Part shown: positions 45,382 through 54,745 of the stretch, in pieces
Numbering within the stretch: position 1 is the stretch's first letter
How the letters are laid out: each line of letters begins with the position of its first letter
Source of the DNA: an uncultured Candidatus Saccharibacteria bacterium
GTDB lineage: Bacteria; Patescibacteriota; Minisyncoccia; Minisyncoccales; MHMH01
Length of the DNA: 61,007 bases
Direction of reading: 5' to 3'
Assembly: GCA_964568775.1 (NCBI GenBank)
Contig: CAZMQW010000005.1
Coordinates: 1-61,007, forward strand
Program-made: the position numbers and the translations under genes
The notes under the pieces: model-generated
What the model was told of the DNA's origin: nothing
What the model saw: the letters and a program-made list of their open reading frames with translations, nothing else
Database searches by the model: none

Positions 45382-46226
45382 GACCCACCGCTTCCGGGAA
45401 AAGCGAGCTAGCGGTAAAACTTGCCAAACGATTCAACGGCGAGGTTGTTTCGGCTGACTCGAGGCAAATTTACAGAGGTATGGATATTGGCACTGGCAAG
45501 ATAGCCAAAAAAGAGATGAAGGGCGTCCCCCATCATCTTTTGGATATAGCTTCTCCCAAAACAAGATTTACTGTGGTGCAATACCGTAAATTAGCCATCA
45601 AAACCATTTACCGAATATTAAAAAAGAAAAAAACGCCGATTTTGTGCGGAGGCACCGGCTTTTATATCCAAGCTGTAATTGACGGCATAGTTATCCCAGA
45701 AGTTAAACCGGATTGGCGGCTGAGATCTAAACTCAATCAATTAAGTATTAAAGAGTTATTTAAACGATTGAAAAAACTTGACCCATCAAGAGCTAAAACA
45801 ATTGATAAAAAAAATAAAAGAAGACTGATTAGGGCCCTAGAAATCGTTATTAAGACGAGAAAGCCCGTACCCAGTTTAAAGAAGAAACCACTACCCTACC
45901 CTGTTTTAATGGTCGGGATTGAAAAAGACGGATTGAAAAACAGAATAACAAAAAGAGCTGAAAAAATGTTTAAGGCAGGGCTGGAGAAAGAAGTCAAAAA
46001 TCTGGTTAAAAAATATAATTGGCCCCCTTCTTTCCAAACTATCGGCTACCAGGAATGGCGAGATTATTTTAACGGAAAAATCAACAAAGAGAAACTGAGG
46101 GAATTAATTATAACCCATACTATACAGTACGCTAAAAGGCAAATGACTTGGTTTAAACGGGACAAGAGAATTAAATGGGTTAAAAACTACCAAATAGCTG
46201 AAAGATTAGTAAAAATCTCCAAATAA
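45354..46226 (+). CDS. miaA: tRNA dimethylallyltransferase
   Basis: GPTASGKS, SADSRQIY, CGGTGFY, YAKRQMTWF. Confidence 0.96.
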   Translation: MSKKIIVILGPTASGKSELAVKLAKRFNGEVVSADSRQIYRGMDIGTGKIAKKEMKGVPHHLLDIASPKTRFTVVQYRKLAIKTIYRILKKKKTPILCGGTGFYIQAVIDGIVIPEVKPDWRLRSKLNQLSIKELFKRLKKLDPSRAKTIDKKNKRRLIRALEIVIKTRKPVPSLKKKPLPYPVLMVGIEKDGLKNRITKRAEKMFKAGLEKEVKNLVKKYNWPPSFQTIGYQEWRDYFNGKINKEKLRELIITHTIQYAKRQMTWFKRDKRIKWVKNYQIAERLVKISK

Positions 46227-46261
46227 AAAAGAGAAGTGCTTTAAACGCTCTTCTCTCTTAT

Positions 46262-46657
46262 TTACAGCCTATTCAAAAGAAACTCTCTATTATTGTCCCT
46301 TTCTGGTTTATTATCGTCCCATTCTTTTTTATCCCAGAGTTCGTAACCGCCGAAATATTGGGCGAAAACCACTTCGTCCTTTAGCCCGGCATATTCCTTT
46401 AAATCGGGCGGCATGGAGATTCTGCCCTGGGATTGTATATCAATTATTTCGAAGTTGGCTGTTTCTTCTATTATTTTATCCATCTCTTCTTGATCTGCCG
46501 AAGGAACAAGACAAAGACATTTAACTCCGTCAGGGTGTGCGGCTATAAGAATTCTAGCGCCTGTCTTACCGAATTTTTCTAAGAAAGCGGGCGGAATAAG
46601 CACCCTGTTGTCATCTTGTATTTCAGCAAGAGTCTCACACAATAATACTTCCGTCAT
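46262..46657 (-). CDS. Divergent MraZ-like (AbrB/SpoVT fold) paralog
   Basis: IQDDNRVLIPP and IQSQGRISMPPDLKEYAGL...YELWD mirror the MraZ repeats; own TTGACA-17-TACAAT promoter at 46704-46732. Confidence 0.75.
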   Translation of the reverse strand: MTEVLLCETLAEIQDDNRVLIPPAFLEKFGKTGARILIAAHPDGVKCLCLVPSADQEEMDKIIEETANFEIIDIQSQGRISMPPDLKEYAGLKDEVVFAQYFGGYELWDKKEWDDNKPERDNNREFLLNRL

Positions 46658-46738
46658 TATTCGGCTCCTTCTTTATTTATCATTCGTAAGAACTAATTGA
46701 AAAATTGTATATTATAATTAACCTTTTGTCAAGATAAT

Positions 46739-46890
46739 AAAACCAGCCGCAGAAATATGCGACTGGTTTTATACTTCTATCCCACTAGGCTGCGAGAAAG
46801 ATATTGCGCCACAGGAATAGGCTTCTTTCTTATCCGCAGCCTAGTGGGGCTGATATCTACGATTCAAACGTAGTATATGTCATATCAGCC
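46739..46890 (-). ncRNA. Candidate structured RNA element (two hairpin domains + terminator)
   Basis: 14-bp perfect stem 46781-46794/46835-46848 with inner 7-bp stem; 9-bp + 5-bp domain 46848-46890; terminator-like hairpin 46739-46770. Confidence 0.4.
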
Positions 46891-46896
46891 TTGAAG

Positions 46897-47094
46897 TTAG
46901 TCTTCACACGGAAAGACTTTGGCGATAGATAGACCGTGAAAAATGAACTGCTCTTTGAAAGTAATCATACAGCAGGTATTCACTCCCAGGGCTACTATCT
47001 TACCGAAGAAAGTACGTAAACCGTCTTTAGTTTGGACTCTAGTCCTGACGGGTTTTCCTTCCTTCAGCGCTTTTGCAACTTCTTGCGATTCCAT
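46897..47094 (-). CDS. Small hypothetical protein (65 aa from MESQEVAK)
   Basis: GGAGG SD 4 nt before the ATG at 47094. Confidence 0.6.
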   Translation of the reverse strand: MESQEVAKALKEGKPVRTRVQTKDGLRTFFGKIVALGVNTCCMITFKEQFIFHGLSIAKVFPCED

Positions 47095-47113
47095 TTTTCC
47101 TCCGTTTTGGACT

Positions 47114-47308
47114 TTAGTAACCGAATTTCCACACCCGAGAACCGTCAATCCTCTGGGTCGGAGCCGGCAGGCCGATGAAGCAAACAGAACTGACATTTTG
47201 AAAGCCTAAAGCTTTAGGAAAATTACTTTCATCAATAGCTCTATCCTGTCTGTTTTTGACCCGGCAAACCGTTGATGTCTTTCGATCTCTCGCGCAGATT
47301 GATTTCAT
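47114..47308 (-). CDS. Small hypothetical protein (64 aa)
   Basis: GGGAGG SD, directly downstream of a consensus promoter. Confidence 0.5.
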   Translation of the reverse strand: MKSICARDRKTSTVCRVKNRQDRAIDESNFPKALGFQNVSSVCFIGLPAPTQRIDGSRVWKFGY

Positions 47309-47348
47309 GTGGATTTCCTCCCTGAATTATTAAGTTTTTAACGTTTGC

Positions 47349-47377
47349 ATTATAGCATACTATTCCAAATTTGTCAA
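47349..47377 (-). promoter_or_regulatory. Consensus sigma70 promoter with extended -10
   Basis: TTGACA-17 nt-TATAAT with TG at the extended -10 position. Confidence 0.8.
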
Positions 47378-47431
47378 GAGATACAACAAAAAACCCGATC
47401 CTTAACCGGGTTAAAATAACCGAGCTCAGTT

Positions 47432-48844
47432 TTAAAGCAATTTCTTTAAAATATTATTAACTGCGGCTGGATTAGCTTTGCCTTTTGTTTGATCCATTAC
47501 CTGCCCTATCAAAAATTGAATTACGGTTTTTTTGCCTTTTTTATAATCTTCTACCGCTTTGGGATTTTTGGCAATAACTTCTTTAGCCGCTTGTTCGATT
47601 GTTTTTTCATCGGTAATCTGCACCAAGCCCCTTTCTTTGACAACAGCGGAAGGCTTTTTACCTTTGGAAAACATTTCGCGCAGCACCACTTTGGCGATTT
47701 TGCTTGAAATTTTGCCTTTTGAAAGTAAGATAATGAATTCGGCGAAATTATCCGGCGCTATCTTAAAATCAGCACCACTAATCTGTTTTCCCCTCAGTAA
47801 ACCCAATAAATCGGTAATCAAATAATTAGCGCAAAGTTTGGCCAGATTATTATCCCCTATCTCCAACATTATCTTTTCAAAATATTCGCCCAGAGCCTTG
47901 TTCTGTACAAAGGCTTCAATAACTTTATCGTCCAGTTTAAACTGTTTCTTTAAACGTTCTCGGCGACCGGCCGGCAGTTCAGGGATGTCAGCCTTAATCA
48001 TCCTGACAAACTGCTGACCGAAATTAAGAGGTGGCAAGTCGGGTTCGGGAAAATAGCGGTAATCATGGGATTCCTCCTTTTCCCGCTGGCTGAAGGTTAT
48101 CTCTTTAAAATCGTGCCAGCCCCTGGTCTCCTGAACGATTTTCTGGCCGGCTTTCAAAAGCTTTGTTTGGCGCTGGATTTCATAATCAATCCCGTATTCC
48201 ACCGAACGGAAAGAGTTGAGGTTTTTGATCTCCACTTTGGTGCCCAATTTACTGCCTTTTTTCAAGGATATGTTGGCTTCAACCCTCATCTGCCCCTTTT
48301 CCATATCAGCGTAAGAAACATTGAGATAGCGCAGAATCAGCCTCAACTCTTCGGCAAAGCGGCGCGCCTCTTTGGCCGAAGTTATATCAGGCTCGGTCAC
48401 CAGCTCCATTAAAGGAACGCCGGCCCGGTTGAAATCAACCAGAGAACAGTCTTGTTCGTGAATTAACTTGCCAGTGTCCTCCTCTAAATGAACTCTGGTA
48501 ATACTGATTTTCCGTCCGTCAACTTCCAAAAAACCTCCCCGGCAAAGAGGCAAATCATACTGCGAGATCTGATAACCCTTGGGCAAATCGGGATAAAAGT
48601 AATTTTTTCGGTCGAACTTGGCGTGCCGAGGGATGTCGCTGTTCAAGGCCAGGCCGGTTTTGATAACCTTTTCCAAGGCTGCCTCGTTGATAACTGGCAA
48701 AGAACCTGGCTGAGCCGTGCAGACCGGACAGATATTGACGTTGGGTCGCTTTTCATCGGGATCATTTAAACAAGAACAAAACATCTTGCTCTTAGTTTTC
48801 AGTTCAACGTGTATTTCCAGTCCGATTGTCGGCGTGTAGGCCAT
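47432..48844 (-). CDS. gatB: Asp/Glu-tRNA amidotransferase subunit B
   Basis: IGLEIH, FDRKNYFYPDLPKGYQISQY, HLEED, DYRYFPEPDL. Confidence 0.97.
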   Translation of the reverse strand: MAYTPTIGLEIHVELKTKSKMFCSCLNDPDEKRPNVNICPVCTAQPGSLPVINEAALEKVIKTGLALNSDIPRHAKFDRKNYFYPDLPKGYQISQYDLPLCRGGFLEVDGRKISITRVHLEEDTGKLIHEQDCSLVDFNRAGVPLMELVTEPDITSAKEARRFAEELRLILRYLNVSYADMEKGQMRVEANISLKKGSKLGTKVEIKNLNSFRSVEYGIDYEIQRQTKLLKAGQKIVQETRGWHDFKEITFSQREKEESHDYRYFPEPDLPPLNFGQQFVRMIKADIPELPAGRRERLKKQFKLDDKVIEAFVQNKALGEYFEKIMLEIGDNNLAKLCANYLITDLLGLLRGKQISGADFKIAPDNFAEFIILLSKGKISSKIAKVVLREMFSKGKKPSAVVKERGLVQITDEKTIEQAAKEVIAKNPKAVEDYKKGKKTVIQFLIGQVMDQTKGKANPAAVNNILKKLL

Positions 48845-48851
48845 AATAAAA

Positions 48852-49544
48852 CTATTCGATTATTCTGTCGTCTTTTTGCGTTCCATTTTCAACGCCGCGC
48901 GATTCGTTGACGATTTCCACCCCGGAACTGGTGCCGATAATATCAGCGCCAGCTGAAACCATCATCTCCAAATCAGCTTTTGTTCTGATGCTGCCCGCGG
49001 CCTTAACCAGCAAGCCCGGCGCCGATTCTTTCATGATTCTGACGTGCTTGGCTTTCTCTCCCAACTCCGAATGATCCAAGGGATCCTCAACCGTAGCTGT
49101 TTTAACGCATATTGCTCCAGCCTCCTTGACCAACTCCGAGGCCTTTTTAATCTCATCGTCAGTCAAATAGCCAGAGCCGATAATCACTTTAGTGGGCAGA
49201 ATCTGACAAATGGCTTTTAAATCCGCCAAAACCTCATCATACTTTTTATTCTTGAAATCGTCTATCTTCATGACCACGTCAACTTCGTCTGACCCTGTTT
49301 TTTTGGCCTTCTTAACCATTTTAACTCTGTCTTTGGAAGAACTAGCGCCGGTCGGCTCGTCTATTAGAGTGGTCACTTTAATGCCACTGTCTTGAAGATG
49401 TTTTTTGGCTGTTTTGGTATGTTCTGGCAGAACGCAAAAGCCTCGGAAGCCGTATTCTTTCGTTTCTTGACAAAGCTCCTTTATTTTCTCATCGCTAGCG
49501 CCCTTCCTTAAAAAGGTTTGATCAATAATTTTGGCGATATTCAT
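48852..49544 (-). CDS. deoC: Deoxyribose-phosphate aldolase, divergent
   Basis: IDQTFL, DEVDVV, CVKTAT (Schiff-base Lys), VKAAGSIRT, IGTSSG. Confidence 0.85.
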   Translation of the reverse strand: MNIAKIIDQTFLRKGASDEKIKELCQETKEYGFRGFCVLPEHTKTAKKHLQDSGIKVTTLIDEPTGASSSKDRVKMVKKAKKTGSDEVDVVMKIDDFKNKKYDEVLADLKAICQILPTKVIIGSGYLTDDEIKKASELVKEAGAICVKTATVEDPLDHSELGEKAKHVRIMKESAPGLLVKAAGSIRTKADLEMMVSAGADIIGTSSGVEIVNESRGVENGTQKDDRIIE

Positions 49545-50772
49545 TATAAATGGGGAATTTTTTGATTATTTTTTTAACCTCTTTTCTGATCTGGCCTTTT
49601 ACCTTTTGATTATTTATATTATTTATCAATTTAACAACCAAACTGACCACCTCTCTTGACTCTTTCTCTTTCAAACCTATTGTGGTAATGGCCGGACTTC
49701 CCAGCCTGATGCCCGAAGGATTATAGGGTGGCCTTTTGTCAAAAGGAATAGCGTTTCTATTAACGTAAACTCCAACCCTATCCAGTTCGTCCTGAATTCT
49801 TTTAGCATCAACCCCAAAAGGAGAAATATCTATCAACATTAAATGGTTGTCGGTCCCGCCGCTCACCACTCTAATCCCCTGTTTTTTAAATTCGTCGGCC
49901 ATGGCTCGAGCGTTCAGAATTATCTGCTTTTGGTATCTTTTGAAAGACGGCTTCATCGCCTCCAAAAAGCAGACCGCTTTAGCGGCAATTACATGCTCCA
50001 ACGGCCCTCCCTGAGTGCCGGGGAAAACGGCTTTATCAATCTTTCCGGCCAATTCTTTTTTACAAAGGATTAACCCGCCCCTAGGGCCTCTCAAGGTCTT
50101 GTGGGTCGTAGTGGTAACCACATCGCACCAAGGAAAAGGATGAGGATGAAACCCGGCCACCACCAAACCGGCAATATGGGCGATATCAGCCATTAAATAA
50201 GCCTTGACTTTATTGGCTATTTGGCTGAATTTTTTAAATTCAAGTGTTCTAGAATAAGCAGTCGTGCTGACAATGATTAATTTTGGCTTAAATCTTAAAG
50301 CAATTTTTTCAACTTCTTTCAGGTCAACTTTTTCGGTCTTGGGATTTACCCCATAATAAGCGAAGTTATAAAGTTTTCCGGAAAAATTGACTTTCGAGCC
50401 GTGGGTCAGATGCCCTCCAGCTGACAAATCGATGCCTAGAATCTTGTCTCGATAATCCAACAAAGCTAGATAAACCGCCGCATTCGCCTGGGAGCCGGAA
50501 TGAGGCTGGACATTGGCATGTTCGGCTTTGAATAATTTTTTCGCTCTGTCTATGGCGATTTGTTCAATTTTATCAATAAATTCATTGCCCCCGTAATATC
50601 TCTTTCCAGGATAGCCCTCCGAATATTTATTGCTCAAAGGCGTGCCCATGGCCTGCAAAACCGAAAAGCTAGCATAGTTTTCGGAAGGAATCAAAACTAG
50701 GCCGTTCTTCTGACGTTCAATTTCTCTCTTAATAAACTCGTGAATTTTGGGGTCAGATTTTTTTAATTTCAT
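49522..50772 (-). CDS. glyA: Serine hydroxymethyltransferase
   Basis: LIPSENY, YSEGYPGKRYYGG, TTTHKTLRGPRGG, SGGTDNH. Confidence 0.97.
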   Translation of the reverse strand: MKLKKSDPKIHEFIKREIERQKNGLVLIPSENYASFSVLQAMGTPLSNKYSEGYPGKRYYGGNEFIDKIEQIAIDRAKKLFKAEHANVQPHSGSQANAAVYLALLDYRDKILGIDLSAGGHLTHGSKVNFSGKLYNFAYYGVNPKTEKVDLKEVEKIALRFKPKLIIVSTTAYSRTLEFKKFSQIANKVKAYLMADIAHIAGLVVAGFHPHPFPWCDVVTTTTHKTLRGPRGGLILCKKELAGKIDKAVFPGTQGGPLEHVIAAKAVCFLEAMKPSFKRYQKQIILNARAMADEFKKQGIRVVSGGTDNHLMLIDISPFGVDAKRIQDELDRVGVYVNRNAIPFDKRPPYNPSGIRLGSPAITTIGLKEKESREVVSLVVKLINNINNQKVKGQIRKEVKKIIKKFPIYNEYRQNY

Positions 50773-51367
50773 CGCCAACTTCTTTAATTGTTTTTTTACC
50801 GTTAATTACTTTCCACTTTCCAAGGGTTTGATTCTTTATTAATTTTTCGTAGAATCTTGCTATTTTAAATAAAAATTTCTCATCAGATTCATGCCTATCC
50901 AAGCTTCTTTTTTCTTTATATTTTCTTTTGATTGAGATTTTGGGAGAAACTTTAAGATAAATTATTAAGTCAGGTTTTGATAACCCAAAAATCTTGGCAA
51001 GTTTCAAGGCATTTTTAACTGGGAAGCCTTTAAGTCCTTGGTAAGCGAGGGTGGAAGTGAAATAGCGATCAGCAATTATCGTTTTTCCTTGTTTTAACAA
51101 CTTCTTAATTTTTTCTTGGTCTTTAAGAAAATCGAGGAAGTAAAGAAGAAATTGGATTTCGGCTGAAAAATCATATTCCTTATGAAGATACTGATGGATT
51201 AATCTGCCTATCGGCCCCTGATAATCAGGATAAACTAATCTTTCAACAGGACGCTTCTGTTTTTTGAAATAACTCAACAGTAATTTTGATTGGACCTCTG
51301 TCCCTGCCCCGTCGATCCCTTCAAATACAATAAGTTTTCCTTTGTAGTGATTTTTAATTATTGCCAT
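50753..51367 (-). CDS. tmk: Thymidylate kinase
   Basis: IVFEGIDGAG, ADRYFTSTLAYQ, PDLIIYL. Confidence 0.92.
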   Translation of the reverse strand: MAIIKNHYKGKLIVFEGIDGAGTEVQSKLLLSYFKKQKRPVERLVYPDYQGPIGRLIHQYLHKEYDFSAEIQFLLYFLDFLKDQEKIKKLLKQGKTIIADRYFTSTLAYQGLKGFPVKNALKLAKIFGLSKPDLIIYLKVSPKISIKRKYKEKRSLDRHESDEKFLFKIARFYEKLIKNQTLGKWKVINGKKTIKEVGDEIKKI

Positions 51368-51374
51368 AATGTTT

Positions 51375-52979
51375 TTATTTGCCTAATATTTTTAAATTAT
51401 CTTCAAATTTTCTTTGCAGCTCTTGCTTCATTTCTCGGTGAAATTTATCGCTGTAGTTTTTGACTGCAGCTGAAATCATAAGGCAGCTTTTTTCTTCCGG
51501 ACAGAAACCGACAATTTGGCATTTGGGAACTAAAAATCTATTTAGCAAACCGTAGCCTTTTTTAGTTAATAATTTCTTAATCTGAGCGACTTCTCTTAAA
51601 GTATTCCTTCTCATTTCCTCGTCGGCAGTGGTACAAAGCCGTAAAGGGAAATAACCTATCAAAAAGTTATATAAGTCATACTCCTGTAGGATGTCAGTTT
51701 TAATTCCTCGGGGAATCAAAAATATAGCATCCCTTGGTTTTATTTTTAATTTAAGAAGCGATTGATAACCTTTAAACGATTCCAGGACGGCCGAAAGATA
51801 GCTTTTTAAGAACTCTGAATTATTTTTAATTGAGGGCGGGACAGAAAAAACCTCTTCAATCTCAGCCATCGCTTTCCGGCTGACTCTTCCCTTTTTGATC
51901 TCCCGGTTAAACTTTCCAAAGACCCTTCCGGCCCGATCAACGCAGTAATAGATTGACTCAATAACCTGGGGACAGCTGCGGTGCCTCTTCTTTTCTGTCC
52001 AAATACCCATCGGAACAGTAGATAAAATTCTAAGACGTAAAGCGGAGTTGTAATCGCGGGCGATTTCTTGGTATAAAGACGATATTTCAGACCATTTTTT
52101 CTTAATTTGCGCAGAAGAACGAAAAGCTTCTCGTTGCAGCTTATTTAAATAAATAAACTTTTTCTTTAATCCTTCTGTCAGTAAAACATCAGCTGAAATT
52201 ATCTTTGCTTTTTCGTTCAATCTCTCTTTCTTTTTCAATTCTCTAACAATATTTGATTCTGATGGATCCTTAAAAACATTAGGATAAGGATAGGTGTTTC
52301 TTGGCGCAGCTAGTCTTGTGGCATAAAGCCAATCGATTCCCAGATTTTTAGCTTTTTGCTCAATCTTTTTGAGCAAAAACCCTACTTCTTCTGGCATCCA
52401 TTCTTTTTCGGCCTCATATTCTCGTTTTATAGCTATAATCGATTCGATGGGCAACTGGATAATACCTGTACCATAAAGCCCCTGCTGCAAGATTTTGCGA
52501 GCTTCATCTTTAGTAATTCCTTTTGACAGAAAGTAATTGTGAATATCAATGTTTTGTTTCGAAACTTTGTGGTAGATTCCTCTCGCTTTTTTATTATTAT
52601 AGATTCCTTGGGGGTAAACGATATCTTTTTCGGTCGTGTCGGTTCTTCTGCCGGAAGAAACCAAAGAAGAAGAAAAATAAAGGCCGGTTAAAACCCAATC
52701 CAGAAACTTGCTTCCCTCATACGTTAAACAAAGGGATGGAGTGGTAGCTATTGAGGCGTGACCGCGCAGAGATGACTTTTGTAGAATTGATTTTATTTTT
52801 TCATTAACATCCTCTCCCCTATTTTTAATATCTTGAAATAGTTTTTTGATTGATTTGCCTTTAAAGGTTAACAGCGCAGAAAGAGCAACGATTTCCTGAG
52901 GATTTAAAACCCCACTTCTGTCTTGTAAGAGCGGGGTAATACCTAAAAATTTTATCTTTAAGTCGGAAGTTTTGAGCAT
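51375..52979 (-). CDS. thyX: Flavin-dependent thymidylate synthase, long (apparently two-domain) form
   Basis: RGHASI motif; RHRX7S signature (RHRSCPQVIES); FPLRLC..A..EMR; genomic context. Confidence 0.75.
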   Translation of the reverse strand: MLKTSDLKIKFLGITPLLQDRSGVLNPQEIVALSALLTFKGKSIKKLFQDIKNRGEDVNEKIKSILQKSSLRGHASIATTPSLCLTYEGSKFLDWVLTGLYFSSSLVSSGRRTDTTEKDIVYPQGIYNNKKARGIYHKVSKQNIDIHNYFLSKGITKDEARKILQQGLYGTGIIQLPIESIIAIKREYEAEKEWMPEEVGFLLKKIEQKAKNLGIDWLYATRLAAPRNTYPYPNVFKDPSESNIVRELKKKERLNEKAKIISADVLLTEGLKKKFIYLNKLQREAFRSSAQIKKKWSEISSLYQEIARDYNSALRLRILSTVPMGIWTEKKRHRSCPQVIESIYYCVDRAGRVFGKFNREIKKGRVSRKAMAEIEEVFSVPPSIKNNSEFLKSYLSAVLESFKGYQSLLKLKIKPRDAIFLIPRGIKTDILQEYDLYNFLIGYFPLRLCTTADEEMRRNTLREVAQIKKLLTKKGYGLLNRFLVPKCQIVGFCPEEKSCLMISAAVKNYSDKFHREMKQELQRKFEDNLKILGK

Positions 52980-52981
52980 AA

Positions 52982-53509
52982 TTAATTTAATAATTCATCT
53001 CCTACAAGTTTTCCTTCGTATTTTCGAACTATTATGCCTCTTCTTTTAGCCAGCTCCCAAGCCTCATCTTCCTCTTCCTGTTTCTCTCCGCCAGTCTGAA
53101 TCCGTTTATATTCTTCCGCGTACACAATCTCCTTTATGCCGGCATTATTAAGAGCTTTCATGCAATCATAGCAAGGAAAGAGTAATGTAAAAATTGTGGC
53201 TCCTCGCAGCCTTCTCGTGTCTTGGGCGTTGATAATACCGTTTATCTCGGCGTGGGCGCCACGGCAGCGACGCAGTTTTTTTGTTTCTGGATCTCCATCA
53301 ACCTTAGCGCAGCCGACTTCTATACAATGCAAATCGCCCTCTGTCGGTCCATTATAGCCAATGGAGATTATCCGATGGTTTTTATCAATAAACACTGCGC
53401 CCGCTTCATGAAATTTACAGGCCGCTCTCTTAGAAACGATTGAAGCTAAGTTCATAAAAGTTTCGTCCCAGCTTAATCTTCTTTTTTTAGGATTAGAAAG
53501 ACTCGGCAT
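52982..53509 (-). CDS. dCMP deaminase-family protein
   Basis: SWDETFM, GYNG, HAEINGI, PCYDC. Confidence 0.9.
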   Translation of the reverse strand: MPSLSNPKKRRLSWDETFMNLASIVSKRAACKFHEAGAVFIDKNHRIISIGYNGPTEGDLHCIEVGCAKVDGDPETKKLRRCRGAHAEINGIINAQDTRRLRGATIFTLLFPCYDCMKALNNAGIKEIVYAEEYKRIQTGGEKQEEEDEAWELAKRRGIIVRKYEGKLVGDELLN

Positions 53510-53514
53510 TTCTT

Positions 53515-53940
53515 TTATTGTTCAATTGTAATGCCCATGTTGCGGGCCGTCCCTTCAATAATCTTCATAGCCGCCTCAACATTATCAGTATTCAGATCCT
53601 CCATTTTCTTTTCAGCGATCTGGCGCACCTGGGCCCGGGAAATCTTGGCTACTTTGGTTTTGTTGGGCTCGCCCGAACCTTTTTCAATTCCGGCTGCTTT
53701 CTTCAAGAGTTCGGAAGCGGGAGGCTGGTGCATTTTGAAAATATAGGTTCGATCTTCGTAAACAGTCACCTCAACCGGAATTTTAAAGCCCTCCTGCTGC
53801 TTGGTCGCATCGTTGAACTTCTGGCAGAACTCGCCGATATTCAAACCGTGCTGAGCCAAAGCCGGCCCCACCGGCGGGGCTGGCGTGGCTTTACCGGCTT
53901 GTATTTGCAGTTTAACGATTGCTTTTATTTTTTTGGCCAT
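53515..53940 (-). CDS. rplK: 50S ribosomal protein uL11
   Basis: [21 protein letters not shown]. Confidence 0.97.
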   Translation of the reverse strand: MAKKIKAIVKLQIQAGKATPAPPVGPALAQHGLNIGEFCQKFNDATKQQEGFKIPVEVTVYEDRTYIFKMHQPPASELLKKAAGIEKGSGEPNKTKVAKISRAQVRQIAEKKMEDLNTDNVEAAMKIIEGTARNMGITIEQ

Positions 53941-53942
53941 GA

Positions 53943-54488
53943 TTAAATCTTTTTAATCTGTAACGAATCGAGTTCCACCGGCGTGTCCCGGCCGAACATA
54001 TTGACCAGTACTTTGATTTTACCTCTTTCTTCGTCAATTTCAGCCACCTTGCCGTCAAAATCCTTAAAGGGCCCGTCAATAATCTTGACCGCGTCACCTG
54101 TTTTAACGTCAATCTTGTATTGAGGAACTTCCACGCCCATTTTCTTTTTCAAAATTTCGATTTCGGTAGTAGAAACCGGTACTGGCGTGGTGCCAGCTCC
54201 GACAAAACCGGTTACGTTAGGCGTGTTTCTGACCACATACCAGGAATCGTCGGTCACGATCATCTCAACTAAAACATAGCCGGGATAGATTTTTTCTTCA
54301 ATCAATTTTCTCTTGCTGTCTTTAATCTTAATCTTCTTTTCTTTGGGCACGATCACGTTGAAAATCTTGTCTTCCATGCCCAAAGACTCAATTCTCTGCT
54401 TGAGGTTTTTGGCCACCGCGTCCTCGTACCCCGAATAGGTGTGGATGACATACCAGTTTTTTTGTTGTTCTATTTGTTGTTTTGGCAT
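53943..54488 (-). CDS. nusG: Transcription factor NusG
   Basis: [28 protein letters not shown] domain, FGRDTPVE. Confidence 0.97.
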   Translation of the reverse strand: MPKQQIEQQKNWYVIHTYSGYEDAVAKNLKQRIESLGMEDKIFNVIVPKEKKIKIKDSKRKLIEEKIYPGYVLVEMIVTDDSWYVVRNTPNVTGFVGAGTTPVPVSTTEIEILKKKMGVEVPQYKIDVKTGDAVKIIDGPFKDFDGKVAEIDEERGKIKVLVNMFGRDTPVELDSLQIKKI

Positions 54489-54673
54489 TATAAAACAAAC
54501 TCTTCAAGTAAGATAGTAAATAAAAAATCTAGGCCGCCTAAAAATATGGCCACTGCCGCCGAAATCCCCAGAACAATCAAAGTATACCTGATGGTCTGCT
54601 GGCGGGTCGGCCAGTTGACTTTCTTGATTTCCAATTTTACCTCTTTTAAAAATGTGATGATTTTACCGAACAT
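54488..54673 (-). CDS. secE: Preprotein translocase SecE
   Basis: EVKLEIKKVNWPT plus TM; upstream of nusG. Confidence 0.93.
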   Translation of the reverse strand: MFGKIITFLKEVKLEIKKVNWPTRQQTIRYTLIVLGISAAVAIFLGGLDFLFTILLEEFVL

Positions 54674-54745
54674 AAGTTTTTTAAAAGCCCCTCTGGGGCA
54701 TCATCCTTATCTTAACAAGACGAAAATCAACCGTCAACCCCGCTA

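Noticed and set aside
46846-46875. GGGGCTGATATCTACGATTCAAACG on the plus strand as a tmRNA 5' end
   Set aside because: It resembles tmRNA 5' ends, but no matching T arm plus CCACCA 3' end is visible downstream or upstream (permuted form), and the stem closes locally.
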